Shown: positions 38,714-48,357 of the stretch, one piece after another
How the letters are laid out: every line of letters starts with the position of its first letter
Position numbering within the stretch: position 1 is the first letter of the stretch
Source: Candidatus Saccharicenans sp.
GTDB taxonomy: Bacteria > Acidobacteriota > Aminicenantia > Aminicenantales > Saccharicenantaceae
Direction: 5' to 3'
Assembly (NCBI GenBank): GCA_035416665.1
Contig: DAOLNQ010000007.1
Location: forward strand, 17,063 to 81,062
DNA: 64,000 nt
Translations under genes and position numbers: made by a program
Notes under the pieces: model-generated
The model's database searches: none
Told to the model about the DNA's origin: nothing
What the model saw: only the letters and a program-made list of their open reading frames with translations

Positions 38714-39700
38714 TCAGCAAATTCTGGGAAGAAGCTCTGAAGTCAGAGGCTCAAGCAGCCGTAAGCCCCCGGTCAGAGTTTCGAGTAAAGCTTCTCCCGG
38801 CCGGCCAATCTTATCCTGAACTTCACCGATAATGGCGGCATTTTTCCCTTCCGGCCGGGACCTGAGTTTTTTTAGAATTTCATCTGCTTTTCGGGCAGGA
38901 ACAACCATCAGCGCCCGGCCTTCACAGGCCAGATAAAGAGGATCAATGCCCAGAATTTCGACCGCTCCTTGCAGTCTGGTAGAGCAGGGAATTTTTTCTT
39001 CTTCTACCAGCAGTGGAAATGAAATGGTCTGAGCCAGCTCGGCCAGAACAGTAGCCAGCCCACCCCGGGTAATATCCCTCATCCACAATACACCTTCCTG
39101 CCAGAGGGGAAGAAGAAAAAGAAGAGGGGCACAATCACTTTTAACCCCGGTTTTCAATGGAAATTTATTTCTGCTCAGGAGAATGGCCAACCCATGCTCT
39201 CCAATCTGGCCGGTCACCAGAAGCTTATCACCGGGTCTTATTTTAGCTGGCCGCGGTCTGCCCAGCAGGCGGCCGACTCCGGCCGTGTTGATATAAATTT
39301 TGCCTCCCTGTCCCTGGGGTACAACCTTGGTATCACCGGTTACAATTTCAACTGAGGTGGCCCTGGCCGTTTTTTCTATCGACTCCAGTATTCTTTCCAG
39401 CTCTTCGAGCTCAAGGCCCTCCTCTATAATGAGAGCCAGAGAGAGATAGGACGGCCTGGCTCCTGAGACTACCAGATCATTAACCGTGCCGTTAACACAG
39501 AGTGTCCCGATATCTCCTCCCGGGAAAAATAGTGGATCGACCGTATAAGAATCAGTGGTCAGGGCAATTCCCCACGGAAGGTGAGCAGCATCATGAAGTT
39601 CGCCTAAAACCGGATTCTTAAACCGCGGCACAATTCTGCTGGCAATAAAATCCCTCATCAACCGACCGCCGCTACCCATTTCAAGACTGATTTTAGTCAT
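38714..39700 (-). CDS. hypE: Hydrogenase maturation factor HypE (carbamoyl dehydratase).
   Basis: AIR-synthase-related fold sequence. C-terminal ...PRIC motif. Confidence 0.9.
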   Translation of the reverse strand: MTKISLEMGSGGRLMRDFIASRIVPRFKNPVLGELHDAAHLPWGIALTTDSYTVDPLFFPGGDIGTLCVNGTVNDLVVSGARPSYLSLALIIEEGLELEELERILESIEKTARATSVEIVTGDTKVVPQGQGGKIYINTAGVGRLLGRPRPAKIRPGDKLLVTGQIGEHGLAILLSRNKFPLKTGVKSDCAPLLFLLPLWQEGVLWMRDITRGGLATVLAELAQTISFPLLVEEEKIPCSTRLQGAVEILGIDPLYLACEGRALMVVPARKADEILKKLRSRPEGKNAAIIGEVQDKIGRPGEALLETLTGGLRLLEPLTSELLPRIC

Positions 39701-40835
39701 GGCTTTCCGCTCCGGAAAACTTGTATTCTATAAGACAGGCTCCCTCATAAGAAACCATACAGGGCCCCTGGGGGCTGTCTGGCCGGCACTGCCGACCAAA
39801 CAAAGGACAGTCAGTCGGGCTGATCAGCCCTTTGAGCACATCTCCGCACCGGCAGGCTGTTTTTCGTGTTCTGGAATCTGGCTCCAGCTTGAGTGAAAAT
39901 CTCCTGACCGCATCGAAATCAGAGTATTCAGGTCTTAATTTAAGTCCGCTATCCGGGATAATTCCCAGTCCTCGCCAGTCAGCGGCTGTTTTGGTGAGAT
40001 ATTTTTCCATAATAGCCTGAGCCCTAACATTACCTTCCGGTTTGACCACTCTCCGGTATTCGTTGGCTACCCTGGCCTGCCCACTTTTTATCTGTTTGAC
40101 CACGGCCAGAATACCGAGAAGAATGTCGGCTGGTTCAAAACCGGCGATCGCCCCCGGCAGATGATATGTTTCTGCGACAAAATCATAGGGTTTTTCACCA
40201 ATGATAGCACTGACATGTCCAGGATAGATAAAACCGTTTATGGCCAGCTCTCCCGATTCAATGATGGCTTTCAGGGCAGGTGGAATGAGCCAGAAGGCCG
40301 TCAAAAGGGAATAATTTTTGAGCTTGTCCTCAGCCGCTTCTTTAACTGTAAAAGTTATACCAGGAATGGTGGTTTCGAAGCCAGCCCCAAAAAAAATCAC
40401 CTGTTTTTCTGGCTGGTTATGGGCTTCAGCCACCGCTTCCTCGGGAGAATAAACTATTTTTAGTCGGGAGCCACGCCCTGGCACGACTGTCTGCAGAGAG
40501 CCTTTTCTGGTCGGTACTCTGGTCATATCACCGAAGGTACAGACCAGTATATCGTCTCGTGCGACCAGAAGGTCAATTAATGCCTCATGAAAATAATCGG
40601 GTGTAATACAGACCGGACAGCCGGGCCCTGAAATCATGTCAATTCCAACCTGGTGTAAGCGGGCTTTTAAGCCTGAGCGATGGAGCGTCATGGTATGGGT
40701 GCCGCAGACTTCCATCAGCTTTAAAGGTGTGTGGAGACCACTGGTTTCAGCCTCAATGGCCCGCAGGAGACGGTCGGCAGTCTCTTTAGTCCTCCAGTTA
40801 GAAAAAGGCAGGTGAGTCGGAGCTGACGGGGACAT
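39693..40835 (-). CDS. hypD: Hydrogenase maturation factor HypD.
   Basis: MEVCGTHT, GPGCPVC and CxxC...CPxC motifs. ATG at 40835 lies just after the hypC stop. Confidence 0.9.
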   Translation of the reverse strand: MSPSAPTHLPFSNWRTKETADRLLRAIEAETSGLHTPLKLMEVCGTHTMTLHRSGLKARLHQVGIDMISGPGCPVCITPDYFHEALIDLLVARDDILVCTFGDMTRVPTRKGSLQTVVPGRGSRLKIVYSPEEAVAEAHNQPEKQVIFFGAGFETTIPGITFTVKEAAEDKLKNYSLLTAFWLIPPALKAIIESGELAINGFIYPGHVSAIIGEKPYDFVAETYHLPGAIAGFEPADILLGILAVVKQIKSGQARVANEYRRVVKPEGNVRAQAIMEKYLTKTAADWRGLGIIPDSGLKLRPEYSDFDAVRRFSLKLEPDSRTRKTACRCGDVLKGLISPTDCPLFGRQCRPDSPQGPCMVSYEGACLIEYKFSGAESHD

Positions 40836-40845
40836 AGCTACTGTC

Positions 40846-41067
40846 CTAAGATTGTCTTTCCAGTTCTTGAAAAAGTTTGAGCGTTCGGCGCGCTTCTTTT
40901 TGGTCAAGCCTGGAGATAGCAAAGCCAGCATGGACTATGACCCAATCGCCAACCTTAATATCCGGTAAAAGCGAAAAATTAGTCAAGACCTGGCTGCCTA
41001 AATAATCAACCTGGCCTGTCCCATTATCATTCAGGCTGACGACTTTCCCTGGAATGGCCAAACACAT
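40846..41067 (-). CDS. hypC: Hydrogenase maturation factor HypC.
   Basis: N-terminal MCLAIPGKV. About 73 aa. Confidence 0.85.
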   Translation of the reverse strand: MCLAIPGKVVSLNDNGTGQVDYLGSQVLTNFSLLPDIKVGDWVIVHAGFAISRLDQKEARRTLKLFQELERQS

Positions 41068-41129
41068 TTCATCCTCTTTTAAAAAATACTACCATAGACC
41101 TGCCAGCCTGTCTATAAAGGCTGCTCTTT

Positions 41130-41158
41130 TTGACAAATTTCTTCTGGCTACTTATAAT
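41130..41158 (+). promoter_or_regulatory. Consensus sigma70 promoter TTGACA-17-TATAAT. The predicted +1 falls at or next to the uppS ATG (leaderless mRNA).
   Basis: Exact TTGACA (41130-41135), 17-nt spacer, exact TATAAT (41153-41158). ATG at 41166 with no Shine-Dalgarno. Confidence 0.55.
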
Positions 41159-41165
41159 GTTTGGC

Positions 41166-41948
41166 ATGCTTGATAGCCTTAAAAACTATATCCAGCCAGG
41201 CAGTCTGGAGGAAGAACTGGTTGGTCGGATAGATTTCTACCGTTTGCCTGTTCATGTAGCGATCATTATGGACGGTAATGGCCGCTGGGCGCTCCAAAGA
41301 AATTTACCGCGGACAGAGGGACATCGGGCAGCCAGAGTAGCTGTCCAGGAAACAGTCGAAGCTTCGGCCCGCCTGGGTATTAAATGTCTTACTCTTTATG
41401 CCTTTTCCAAGGAGAACTGGAAAAGACCGGCCGATGAGGTTAAAACCCTGTGGACATTGCTGGCAGAAAATCTCAAGCAGGAAGAAAAAACCCTGATTGA
41501 TCAGGATTTAAAGCTAAAAGTCATCGGAGAAAAAAGGGGCATCCCTCTTTTTGTCCGCCAGGAACTTAACCGCCTGGAAAAATTGACCAGAAATAATAGC
41601 CGGATGGTGCTGGTTGTTGCCCTTAATTATGGTGGACGGCAGGAAATTCTTAGGGCCTGTCAACAGTTGCTTAGAAAGAATATCAGGCCGGACAGGCTGG
41701 ATGAGAAAACTTTTTCTCGCTACCTGGACACGGCAGAGCTGCCTGATCCTGATCTCCTGATCAGAACGAGTGGCGAGATGAGGTTATCCAATTTTTTGCT
41801 CTGGCAATGTGCCTATACAGAATTCTGGATTACGCCTGTCCTCTGGCCTGATTTTCGAAAAAAAGACCTGCTGGAGGCCATAATTGATTATCAGAAAAGG
41901 GAGAGAAGATTCGGTGGCCTCGGCCAGAAGGAAGATCAGCTGACATGA
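41166..41948 (+). CDS. uppS: Undecaprenyl diphosphate synthase (ditrans,polycis-UPP synthase).
   Basis: HVAIIMDGNGRWA and LTLYAFSKENWKRP motifs. The N-terminal extension in the track is a TTG read-through of the promoter. Confidence 0.9.
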   Translation: MLDSLKNYIQPGSLEEELVGRIDFYRLPVHVAIIMDGNGRWALQRNLPRTEGHRAARVAVQETVEASARLGIKCLTLYAFSKENWKRPADEVKTLWTLLAENLKQEEKTLIDQDLKLKVIGEKRGIPLFVRQELNRLEKLTRNNSRMVLVVALNYGGRQEILRACQQLLRKNIRPDRLDEKTFSRYLDTAELPDPDLLIRTSGEMRLSNFLLWQCAYTEFWITPVLWPDFRKKDLLEAIIDYQKRERRFGGLGQKEDQLT

Positions 41949-42754
41949 GCTTAGTCGAAAGAACAAAATCCGCCCTGATAATGATAGTTGTTCTGTTTTT
42001 AATTATACAGTTTACGCCACCCTGGATATTTTTTCTGCTTATCCAGGCGATTATCATTGGCGGGCTGCTGGAATTCTATAATTTAAGCAACCGGCGCAAA
42101 TTCTATCCGAAAAAATTGCTGGGTTGCTTGTTTGCTTTGATCGTCGGAGCCACCTTTTACTTTGACTCGTTTCCTTTTTTACTTGGCTTCACCCTGATTA
42201 CTATTATTGCCTTTGTTTATTTTGTGGTTGACACCAACAGCCTGGAAAAGCTGGCTCTTTTCCCTGGCTCCTTCAGCGTCACTGTCTCGGGAGTTATTTA
42301 CGTCAGTCTGACCATAAACTTTTTTTACTGGATAAGAAGGGATTTCGGCCTGCTCTGGCTCTACCTGCTGTTTGCGGTTGTTCTTCTTGGTGATACGGGA
42401 GCTTTCCTGATTGGCAAGCGATTTGGGCGGCACAAAATGACCCCGATCGCCAGTCCCAATAAGACCTGGGAAGGAGCTATCGGCGGAATTATCTGGGCGA
42501 TAGCCGGAGGCTGGCTGGCCAGAACCATTCTTTTGCCCCGTTTTCCTGCCCTGGAAGTGATGGCTTTAAGTGCGGTGGTCCATGCCGGCGCTCAGGTGGC
42601 TGATCCCTTAGAGTCTCTTTTTAAAAGGGCAGCTGGCGTCAAAGATTCGTCCAATCTAATTCCCGGTCATGGCGGAATTCTGGACAGGATTGATAGTTTT
42701 ACTCTGGCCTGCCCGCTTTTTTATTATCTGATGAAGCTTTTAATCTTCAAATAA
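41945..42754 (+). CDS. cdsA: Phosphatidate cytidylyltransferase.
   Basis: Multi-TM protein. C-terminal SLFKRAAGVKDSSNLIPGHGGILDRIDS CdsA signature. Confidence 0.85.
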   Translation: MSLVERTKSALIMIVVLFLIIQFTPPWIFFLLIQAIIIGGLLEFYNLSNRRKFYPKKLLGCLFALIVGATFYFDSFPFLLGFTLITIIAFVYFVVDTNSLEKLALFPGSFSVTVSGVIYVSLTINFFYWIRRDFGLLWLYLLFAVVLLGDTGAFLIGKRFGRHKMTPIASPNKTWEGAIGGIIWAIAGGWLARTILLPRFPALEVMALSAVVHAGAQVADPLESLFKRAAGVKDSSNLIPGHGGILDRIDSFTLACPLFYYLMKLLIFK

Positions 42755-42779
42755 ACATTTGATCAGCTGTAAACCGAAG

Positions 42780-43967
42780 ATGTCAAAGACCAGAAAAAGA
42801 ATAATTATCCTGGGGAGTACTGGCTCCATTGGCAGCAGCACGCTCGATGTGATTCGCCACCATCCTGAAGAATATGAAGTAGTTGGTCTGGCTGCCGGGG
42901 AAAATATCGGGCTTTTGAGTGAGCAGATTCAGGAGTTCAGGCCACGACTGGCAGCAGTCAAGACCAGGACCGACTCGCTTGTCCTGCAGAAAAAATTTTC
43001 GAAGACAGAAACAGATATTTTAGCCGGTGAGGCTGGATTACTCGAGCTGGTAACTGAGCTGGAAGCTGATCTGGTTGTTTCGGCTATCACCGGTATTGCT
43101 GGGTTAGAGCCCACCAGGGCCGCGCTGGAGGCCGGTAAGAATCTGGCTCTGGCTAACAAAGAATCAATGGTAGTAGCCGGACAATTTTTAAAAAAAATAG
43201 CAGCCCGAACGGGGGCCAGGATAATCCCGGTTGATAGTGAACATTCGGCTATCTTTCAATGTCTGCATGGACAGAAGAAAAGATATCTAAAAAGAGTTTA
43301 TTTAACTGCCTCCGGTGGTCCTTTTTTCCGGTTACCAGTGAGCGATCTGGCTGAACGTAAGGCAGAAGAAGCACTAAAGCACCCCCGCTGGGCCATGGGG
43401 AAAAAAGTGACCATTGATTCGGCTACCCTGATGAATAAGGGCCTGGAGCTCATTGAAGCCAGGTGGCTATTTGATTTGCAGCCAGAGGAGCTACAGGTGC
43501 TAATTCACCCTCAGAGCGTTGTCCATGGACTGGTCGAGTTTCAGGACGGTTCAGTCCTGGCCCAGTTGAGCCAGACTGATATGCGAATTCCGATCCAGTA
43601 TGCTTTGAGCTATCCTGAGCGGCAGCCCTCTTTTTTGCCTGCCCTGAATCTGGCTGAAATAGCCTGTCTGGAATTTTACCCGGTTGATGATGAGCGAAGA
43701 TATCCGCTATTTTTTCTGGCCAGGAAAGCCCTGCAGGCCGGAGAGAGTTATCCTGTTGTGCTCAATGCGGCCAATGAGGTAGCAGTGACTGCCTTTCTTG
43801 AGGGCAAAATTATGTTCGGCCAGATCAATTCTATCGTCGAGTACTGCTATCGTCAGCATCAACCAGTTGAGCTGACCTCGCTGGATGATGTCTTCAGCCT
43901 AGATCGTCAGACGAGAGTTATAGCCACTCAATTTTTAAATCAATTAGTCAATTTGAAGGGAAAATAG
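42780..43967 (+). CDS. dxr: 1-deoxy-D-xylulose 5-phosphate reductoisomerase.
   Basis: ILGSTGSIGSSTLDVI NADPH motif. Dxr family. Confidence 0.9.
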   Translation: MSKTRKRIIILGSTGSIGSSTLDVIRHHPEEYEVVGLAAGENIGLLSEQIQEFRPRLAAVKTRTDSLVLQKKFSKTETDILAGEAGLLELVTELEADLVVSAITGIAGLEPTRAALEAGKNLALANKESMVVAGQFLKKIAARTGARIIPVDSEHSAIFQCLHGQKKRYLKRVYLTASGGPFFRLPVSDLAERKAEEALKHPRWAMGKKVTIDSATLMNKGLELIEARWLFDLQPEELQVLIHPQSVVHGLVEFQDGSVLAQLSQTDMRIPIQYALSYPERQPSFLPALNLAEIACLEFYPVDDERRYPLFFLARKALQAGESYPVVLNAANEVAVTAFLEGKIMFGQINSIVEYCYRQHQPVELTSLDDVFSLDRQTRVIATQFLNQLVNLKGK

Positions 43968-43969
43968 AG

Positions 43970-45343
43970 ATGACCATCCTCGGGACAATAGTAGCCTTTA
44001 TCATCGTTTTTGGTGTGCTGGTTTTTATTCATGAATTCGGACATTTTTTTACCGCCAAGCTGGTTGGGGTCAGGGTCGAAGTTTTTTCTCTGGGCTTTGG
44101 TCGTCGCCTGTTTGGCTTTAAAAAAGGGGAAACTGATTACCGAATTAGCCTTATTCCACTAGGTGGCTATGTGAAGCTGCTGGGAGAAGGCATGTTTGAG
44201 AAAGACCGGGAATTAGCGCCAGACGATTTCATGGCCAAGAACAGATTCCAGCGATTTTTGATCCTCGTTATGGGTTCAGTTATGAATATTGTCCTGGCCA
44301 TTGTGCTGGTGGCCATTATTAATATGGCTGGCGTGACTGTGCCGGAATATCTGGATCAGCCGCCGGTTATTGGTTATATTGACCCCGGTTCTCCAGCGGA
44401 AAGAGCCGGACTGATGATTGATGATGAAATTCTGAAAATAAATGGCCGTCCGGTTAAAAGCTGGAATGAGGTCGAAATTACCATTGGCTCCAAGCCTGAC
44501 CGGGAGATAACTCTGGAAATCAGGAGAGCCGGACAAATCCTTGATGTCCCGCTCAGGACTGACAAAATTACCAGATATGAGATGGGTTATGCCGGTTTTC
44601 GAGCTAAAATTCTGGCTCAGATTATGATGGTTAGCCCTGGTTCCCCGGCAGAGAAAGCCGGTCTTAAACCAGGAGACGTCATCCTGGCTATCGATGGTCA
44701 ACCGGTCTTTTTATATAATTTCGTCGAGAAAATAGAAAAGAGCCCTGATATTCCTGTTACTATCACTGTTGACCGACAGGGACAAAAACTTGATCTGATT
44801 GTTGTCCCGAGGAAAGAAGGTAATGTTGGCAAAATTGGCATCATGCAGGGAGCAAAATCTGTCACTCAGAAATATTCCTTTTTCCCGGCTCTGGCTCGGA
44901 GTTTCGAGGAGAATGCCAGGAACACTTTTCTCGTTATGAATTTTCTAAAAGATTTGTTTACCGGTGAGGCTTCAGCTAAACAACTGGGTGGCCCGCTGGA
45001 AATTGCCAATTTTTCCTATGCCGCCATGAAAATGGGGCTGCTGGCCATGTTGAGCTGGATTGCTATTATTAGCCTGCAGCTGGGCATTCTGAACCTGTTG
45101 CCAATTCCAGTCTTTGATGGCGGTCAGATTTTCGTCCTGATGATTGAAGCCATTATCAGAAGAGATCTCAGCCCGAAGATGAGAGAAATCTGGTTGCAGA
45201 TTGGCTTTTTACTGGTTATTTTTATTATGGGCTTTGTTATCTTGAATGATTTAATGAAGACTATGCCGGCTGGCTGGAAAAGCCTGGGTGACCTTTTTAA
45301 GAAACTGGCCAGCAGCCTGAGCAGCGTCTTTAATAAAGGGTAA
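43970..45343 (+). CDS. rseP: Site-2 protease RseP (regulated intramembrane proteolysis M50 zinc metalloprotease with PDZ domains).
   Basis: HEFGHFF HExxH in TM1. Two PDZ-like blocks. C-terminal LDG motif region. Confidence 0.9.
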   Translation: MTILGTIVAFIIVFGVLVFIHEFGHFFTAKLVGVRVEVFSLGFGRRLFGFKKGETDYRISLIPLGGYVKLLGEGMFEKDRELAPDDFMAKNRFQRFLILVMGSVMNIVLAIVLVAIINMAGVTVPEYLDQPPVIGYIDPGSPAERAGLMIDDEILKINGRPVKSWNEVEITIGSKPDREITLEIRRAGQILDVPLRTDKITRYEMGYAGFRAKILAQIMMVSPGSPAEKAGLKPGDVILAIDGQPVFLYNFVEKIEKSPDIPVTITVDRQGQKLDLIVVPRKEGNVGKIGIMQGAKSVTQKYSFFPALARSFEENARNTFLVMNFLKDLFTGEASAKQLGGPLEIANFSYAAMKMGLLAMLSWIAIISLQLGILNLLPIPVFDGGQIFVLMIEAIIRRDLSPKMREIWLQIGFLLVIFIMGFVILNDLMKTMPAGWKSLGDLFKKLASSLSSVFNKG

Positions 45344-45365
45344 AATATAGCGGTAAACTATCGAG

Positions 45366-46472
45366 ATGAATGAACCTCTTTTTCCCCGGCGAAAGACAAA
45401 GCTAATCAGAATTGGCCAGGTGGAAATTGGCGGAGGGCGTCCGATTGTTGTTCAATCGATGACCAAGACGAGGACCGCCCGGATCGAGCCGACCGTCAGG
45501 CAAATCAAAAAATTGGAAAAGGCTGGCTGCCAGCTCGTTCGGCTGGCCGTGCCGGAGATGGACGATGCACTGGCCATTAAGGAAATCAAGAAAAAAGTTA
45601 GCCTCCCACTGGTGGCTGATATCCATTTTGACCCTCGCCTGGCCATTGCCTCGATTGAAGCCGGGGTGGATGGTCTGAGGATTAATCCCGGGACTTTCGG
45701 GTCAAAGAGCAAGCTAAAAGAAGTGGTGGAAAGAGCTGGTGAGAGAAAAATCCCGATTAGAATTGGCATAAATTCAGGTTCGCTGGACAAAGATCTAAGG
45801 TCAAAATATGGCGAGGTTACACCGGAAGCCATGGTTGAGAGTGCACTGCGAGAAATCAAGCTGCTGGAAGATCTTGGCTTTTATGATATTAAAATCTCCC
45901 TTAAGGCTTCGGATATCCAGAGGACACTCCGAGCTTATCAGCTGCTGGCTACCCGGGTTGATTATCCTTTCCACGCTGGCATTACTGAGGCTGGGACCCT
46001 GTTCAGAGGTAGCCTGAAGTCAGTAGCCGGTCTGAGCTTGCTGATCAGGGAAGGATTGGCTGATACCATCAGGGTTTCTCTGACTGCCCCACCAGAAAGA
46101 GAAGTGGAAGTGGCTAATCTCCTTTTGCAGGACCTTGGCCTGAAAAAAGGGGGAATAAATTTTATTTCCTGTCCTGGTTGCGGCCGCAGCCAGGTTGATA
46201 TTCAGAAACTGGCCACTCAGGTAGAGCGGAGAATTTCAACCCTTAAAAGCAGTCTGACCGTGGCCGTCATGGGCTGCCCGGTCAATGGTCCAGGCGAAGC
46301 TAAAGAGGCTGATCTGGGGGTGGCCTGCGGGCAAGGGACAGGCGTCATCTTCAAAAAGGGAAAAGTTATCAAGAAAGTTCCGGCCGATATGATTGTTGAT
46401 GAACTGGTTAAGGAAGTCTTCAAACTGGTAGATGAAAAGGGAAAAGCAGAAGAGGGGAATACTCGTGGCTGA
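45366..46472 (+). CDS. ispG: 4-hydroxy-3-methylbut-2-en-1-yl diphosphate synthase (IspG/GcpE).
   Basis: FISCPGCGRSQVD and CPVNGPGEA cluster-binding motifs. Confidence 0.9.
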   Translation: MNEPLFPRRKTKLIRIGQVEIGGGRPIVVQSMTKTRTARIEPTVRQIKKLEKAGCQLVRLAVPEMDDALAIKEIKKKVSLPLVADIHFDPRLAIASIEAGVDGLRINPGTFGSKSKLKEVVERAGERKIPIRIGINSGSLDKDLRSKYGEVTPEAMVESALREIKLLEDLGFYDIKISLKASDIQRTLRAYQLLATRVDYPFHAGITEAGTLFRGSLKSVAGLSLLIREGLADTIRVSLTAPPEREVEVANLLLQDLGLKKGGINFISCPGCGRSQVDIQKLATQVERRISTLKSSLTVAVMGCPVNGPGEAKEADLGVACGQGTGVIFKKGKVIKKVPADMIVDELVKEVFKLVDEKGKAEEGNTRG

Positions 46473-47361
46473 CACCAGGAGCCGATCCAGCAGAAGTCGG
46501 TCAAAAAGCAAGCCGAAGGCGGTCAAATCCAGAAGAATTTCGGAACAGCTGGGAGCAGACTTAATTCAAAAGTATGAAAGATTAAAAGAGGAAATAAAAT
46601 CAACTGAAAGTGCTCTGGTGGCTTTTTCAGGCGGGGTGGACAGCAGCCTTCTCCTGCGGGTGGCGGCCGATGTGCTTGGAGATAGGGTTAAAGCTGTTAT
46701 TGTTGATAGCCCCCTTTTCAGCCGCCAGGAAATTCAGGCAGCCAGAAGACTGGCTGCTGATCTTAAAGTTTACCTGATGACTGTCCAGGTTAACAGTCTG
46801 GAAGTACCCGGGGTAACTAAAAATACTGATCAGCGCTGTTATTACTGTAAATTTTCTATTTTTCCCAGGTTAAAGGAAGCAGCCAGAGAGATGGGCCTTA
46901 ATCAAGTCCTGGAAGGCTCCAACCTGGATGATGCCGCCGACTACCGTCCGGGGAGAAAAGCCCTCCGGGAGCTTGGCATCTCTTCACCTCTGGCGGAAGC
47001 GGGTTTGACCAAAGCAGAAATCAGACAGCTGGCCAGATATCTTGGTCTTCCTAACTGGAATAAGCCTCAAGCCGCCTGTCTGGCTTCCAGAATTCCTTAT
47101 GGGCAGCCACTTGATCGAGCTATCCTGGAGAAAATTGAAAAAGGGGAAAAGATAATCAGACAGCAGGGCTTCAGTCAGGTCAGGTTAAGACACCATGGAG
47201 AGCTGGCCAGAATTGAAATTGACTGGAAAGAATTTCCACTGTGGCTTAAACCCGGGATAAGGGAAAAAGTGGTCGCCAGTTTGAAAAAACTTGGCTATCG
47301 CTATATAACTCTTGATCTGGACGGCTATCGCACTGGCAGCCTTAATCCTTCCCATAGGTGA
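46432..47361 (+). CDS. PP-loop ATP pyrophosphatase of the LarE/TIGR00268-like family, with an Arg/Ser-rich N-terminal extension. The start is uncertain (a GTG at 46465 is possible).
   Basis: LVAFSGGVDSS PP-loop. CYYC plus AACLASR cysteine motifs. Overlaps the ispG 3' end. Confidence 0.65.
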   Translation: MKREKQKRGILVADTRSRSSRSRSKSKPKAVKSRRISEQLGADLIQKYERLKEEIKSTESALVAFSGGVDSSLLLRVAADVLGDRVKAVIVDSPLFSRQEIQAARRLAADLKVYLMTVQVNSLEVPGVTKNTDQRCYYCKFSIFPRLKEAAREMGLNQVLEGSNLDDAADYRPGRKALRELGISSPLAEAGLTKAEIRQLARYLGLPNWNKPQAACLASRIPYGQPLDRAILEKIEKGEKIIRQQGFSQVRLRHHGELARIEIDWKEFPLWLKPGIREKVVASLKKLGYRYITLDLDGYRTGSLNPSHR

Positions 47362-47381
47362 GTGGCAACCTGCTAACAGTC

Positions 47382-48347
47382 TCAGCTGTCTTTGACCAGG
47401 TTAGCCGGCGTCTTTCCGGCCAGCGCTTCCAGCAAATTGTTGACTGCCATCAAGCTCATCTGGAGCCTGGTTTCATAAGTGGCGCTGCCAATATGGGGCA
47501 GCAGAACCACATTTTGGAGTGAAAGTAAATCCGGCTCGATTTGTGGCTCGTGTTCATAGACATCGAGACCGGCTGCCCAGAGCTGGCCGGTTTTTAGAGC
47601 TTCGATCAGAGCTTTCTCCTCAACAATCGCACCGCGAGCGACATTGATCAAGACGGCAGATTTTTTCATCAGAGCTAGCTTGTCCCGGTTAATCAGGTGG
47701 TCCGAATCTGGATTAAGTGAAGCATGGATAGAAACTATATCAGCTTCGCTTAATAGAGCATCAAGCTGGCGATACTCAGCTTTTAAGGCAGCTTCCCTGT
47801 CCGGGCTTAAGCGGTGGCGGTTATAATAGATAATTTTCAAGCCGAAAGCCTGAGCTCTTCGGGCTACAGCCTGTCCGATCTGGCCAAAACCGATTATCCC
47901 CAGGGTTTTTCCCTGCAGTCCCTGGCCGAGGAAAAGATCTATTCTCCAGCCTTGAAACCGGCCCTGACGGCAGAATTCATCGGCTTCCACTATCCGTCTG
48001 GTCGTGGCCAGGATCAAGGCCATGGTCAGGTCAGCTGTCGGTTCAGTCAGAATATTGGGGGTATTGGTGACCATAAGGCCACGGCTCCTGGCCAGTTTCA
48101 GATCAATGTTATTGATTCCAACCGCACAATTGGAAATCGCCCTAAGGGCGGGAGCATTATCTAATACCTCCCGGTCAATAGTATCAGACAAAAAGCAGAG
48201 CAAACCTTCTTTATCCTTAATTTTTTGGACCAGCTCAGAGTGCGGCAAAAAATCCTGGCTGGTAGCCAGCTCCAGATCGGTGTATTCGGCCAGATAATTC
48301 ATGGCCTCCTTCAGCAGAGGGTGAGTTAAAAGGACTTTTGGTTTCAT
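47382..48347 (-). CDS. D-isomer-specific 2-hydroxyacid dehydrogenase (glyoxylate/hydroxypyruvate reductase-like).
   Basis: GIIGFGQIGQAVA NAD motif. Catalytic RGA/His region. ATG at 48347 with GAGGTAGG RBS. Confidence 0.85.
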   Translation of the reverse strand: MKPKVLLTHPLLKEAMNYLAEYTDLELATSQDFLPHSELVQKIKDKEGLLCFLSDTIDREVLDNAPALRAISNCAVGINNIDLKLARSRGLMVTNTPNILTEPTADLTMALILATTRRIVEADEFCRQGRFQGWRIDLFLGQGLQGKTLGIIGFGQIGQAVARRAQAFGLKIIYYNRHRLSPDREAALKAEYRQLDALLSEADIVSIHASLNPDSDHLINRDKLALMKKSAVLINVARGAIVEEKALIEALKTGQLWAAGLDVYEHEPQIEPDLLSLQNVVLLPHIGSATYETRLQMSLMAVNNLLEALAGKTPANLVKDS

Positions 48348-48357
48348 TGGACCTACC

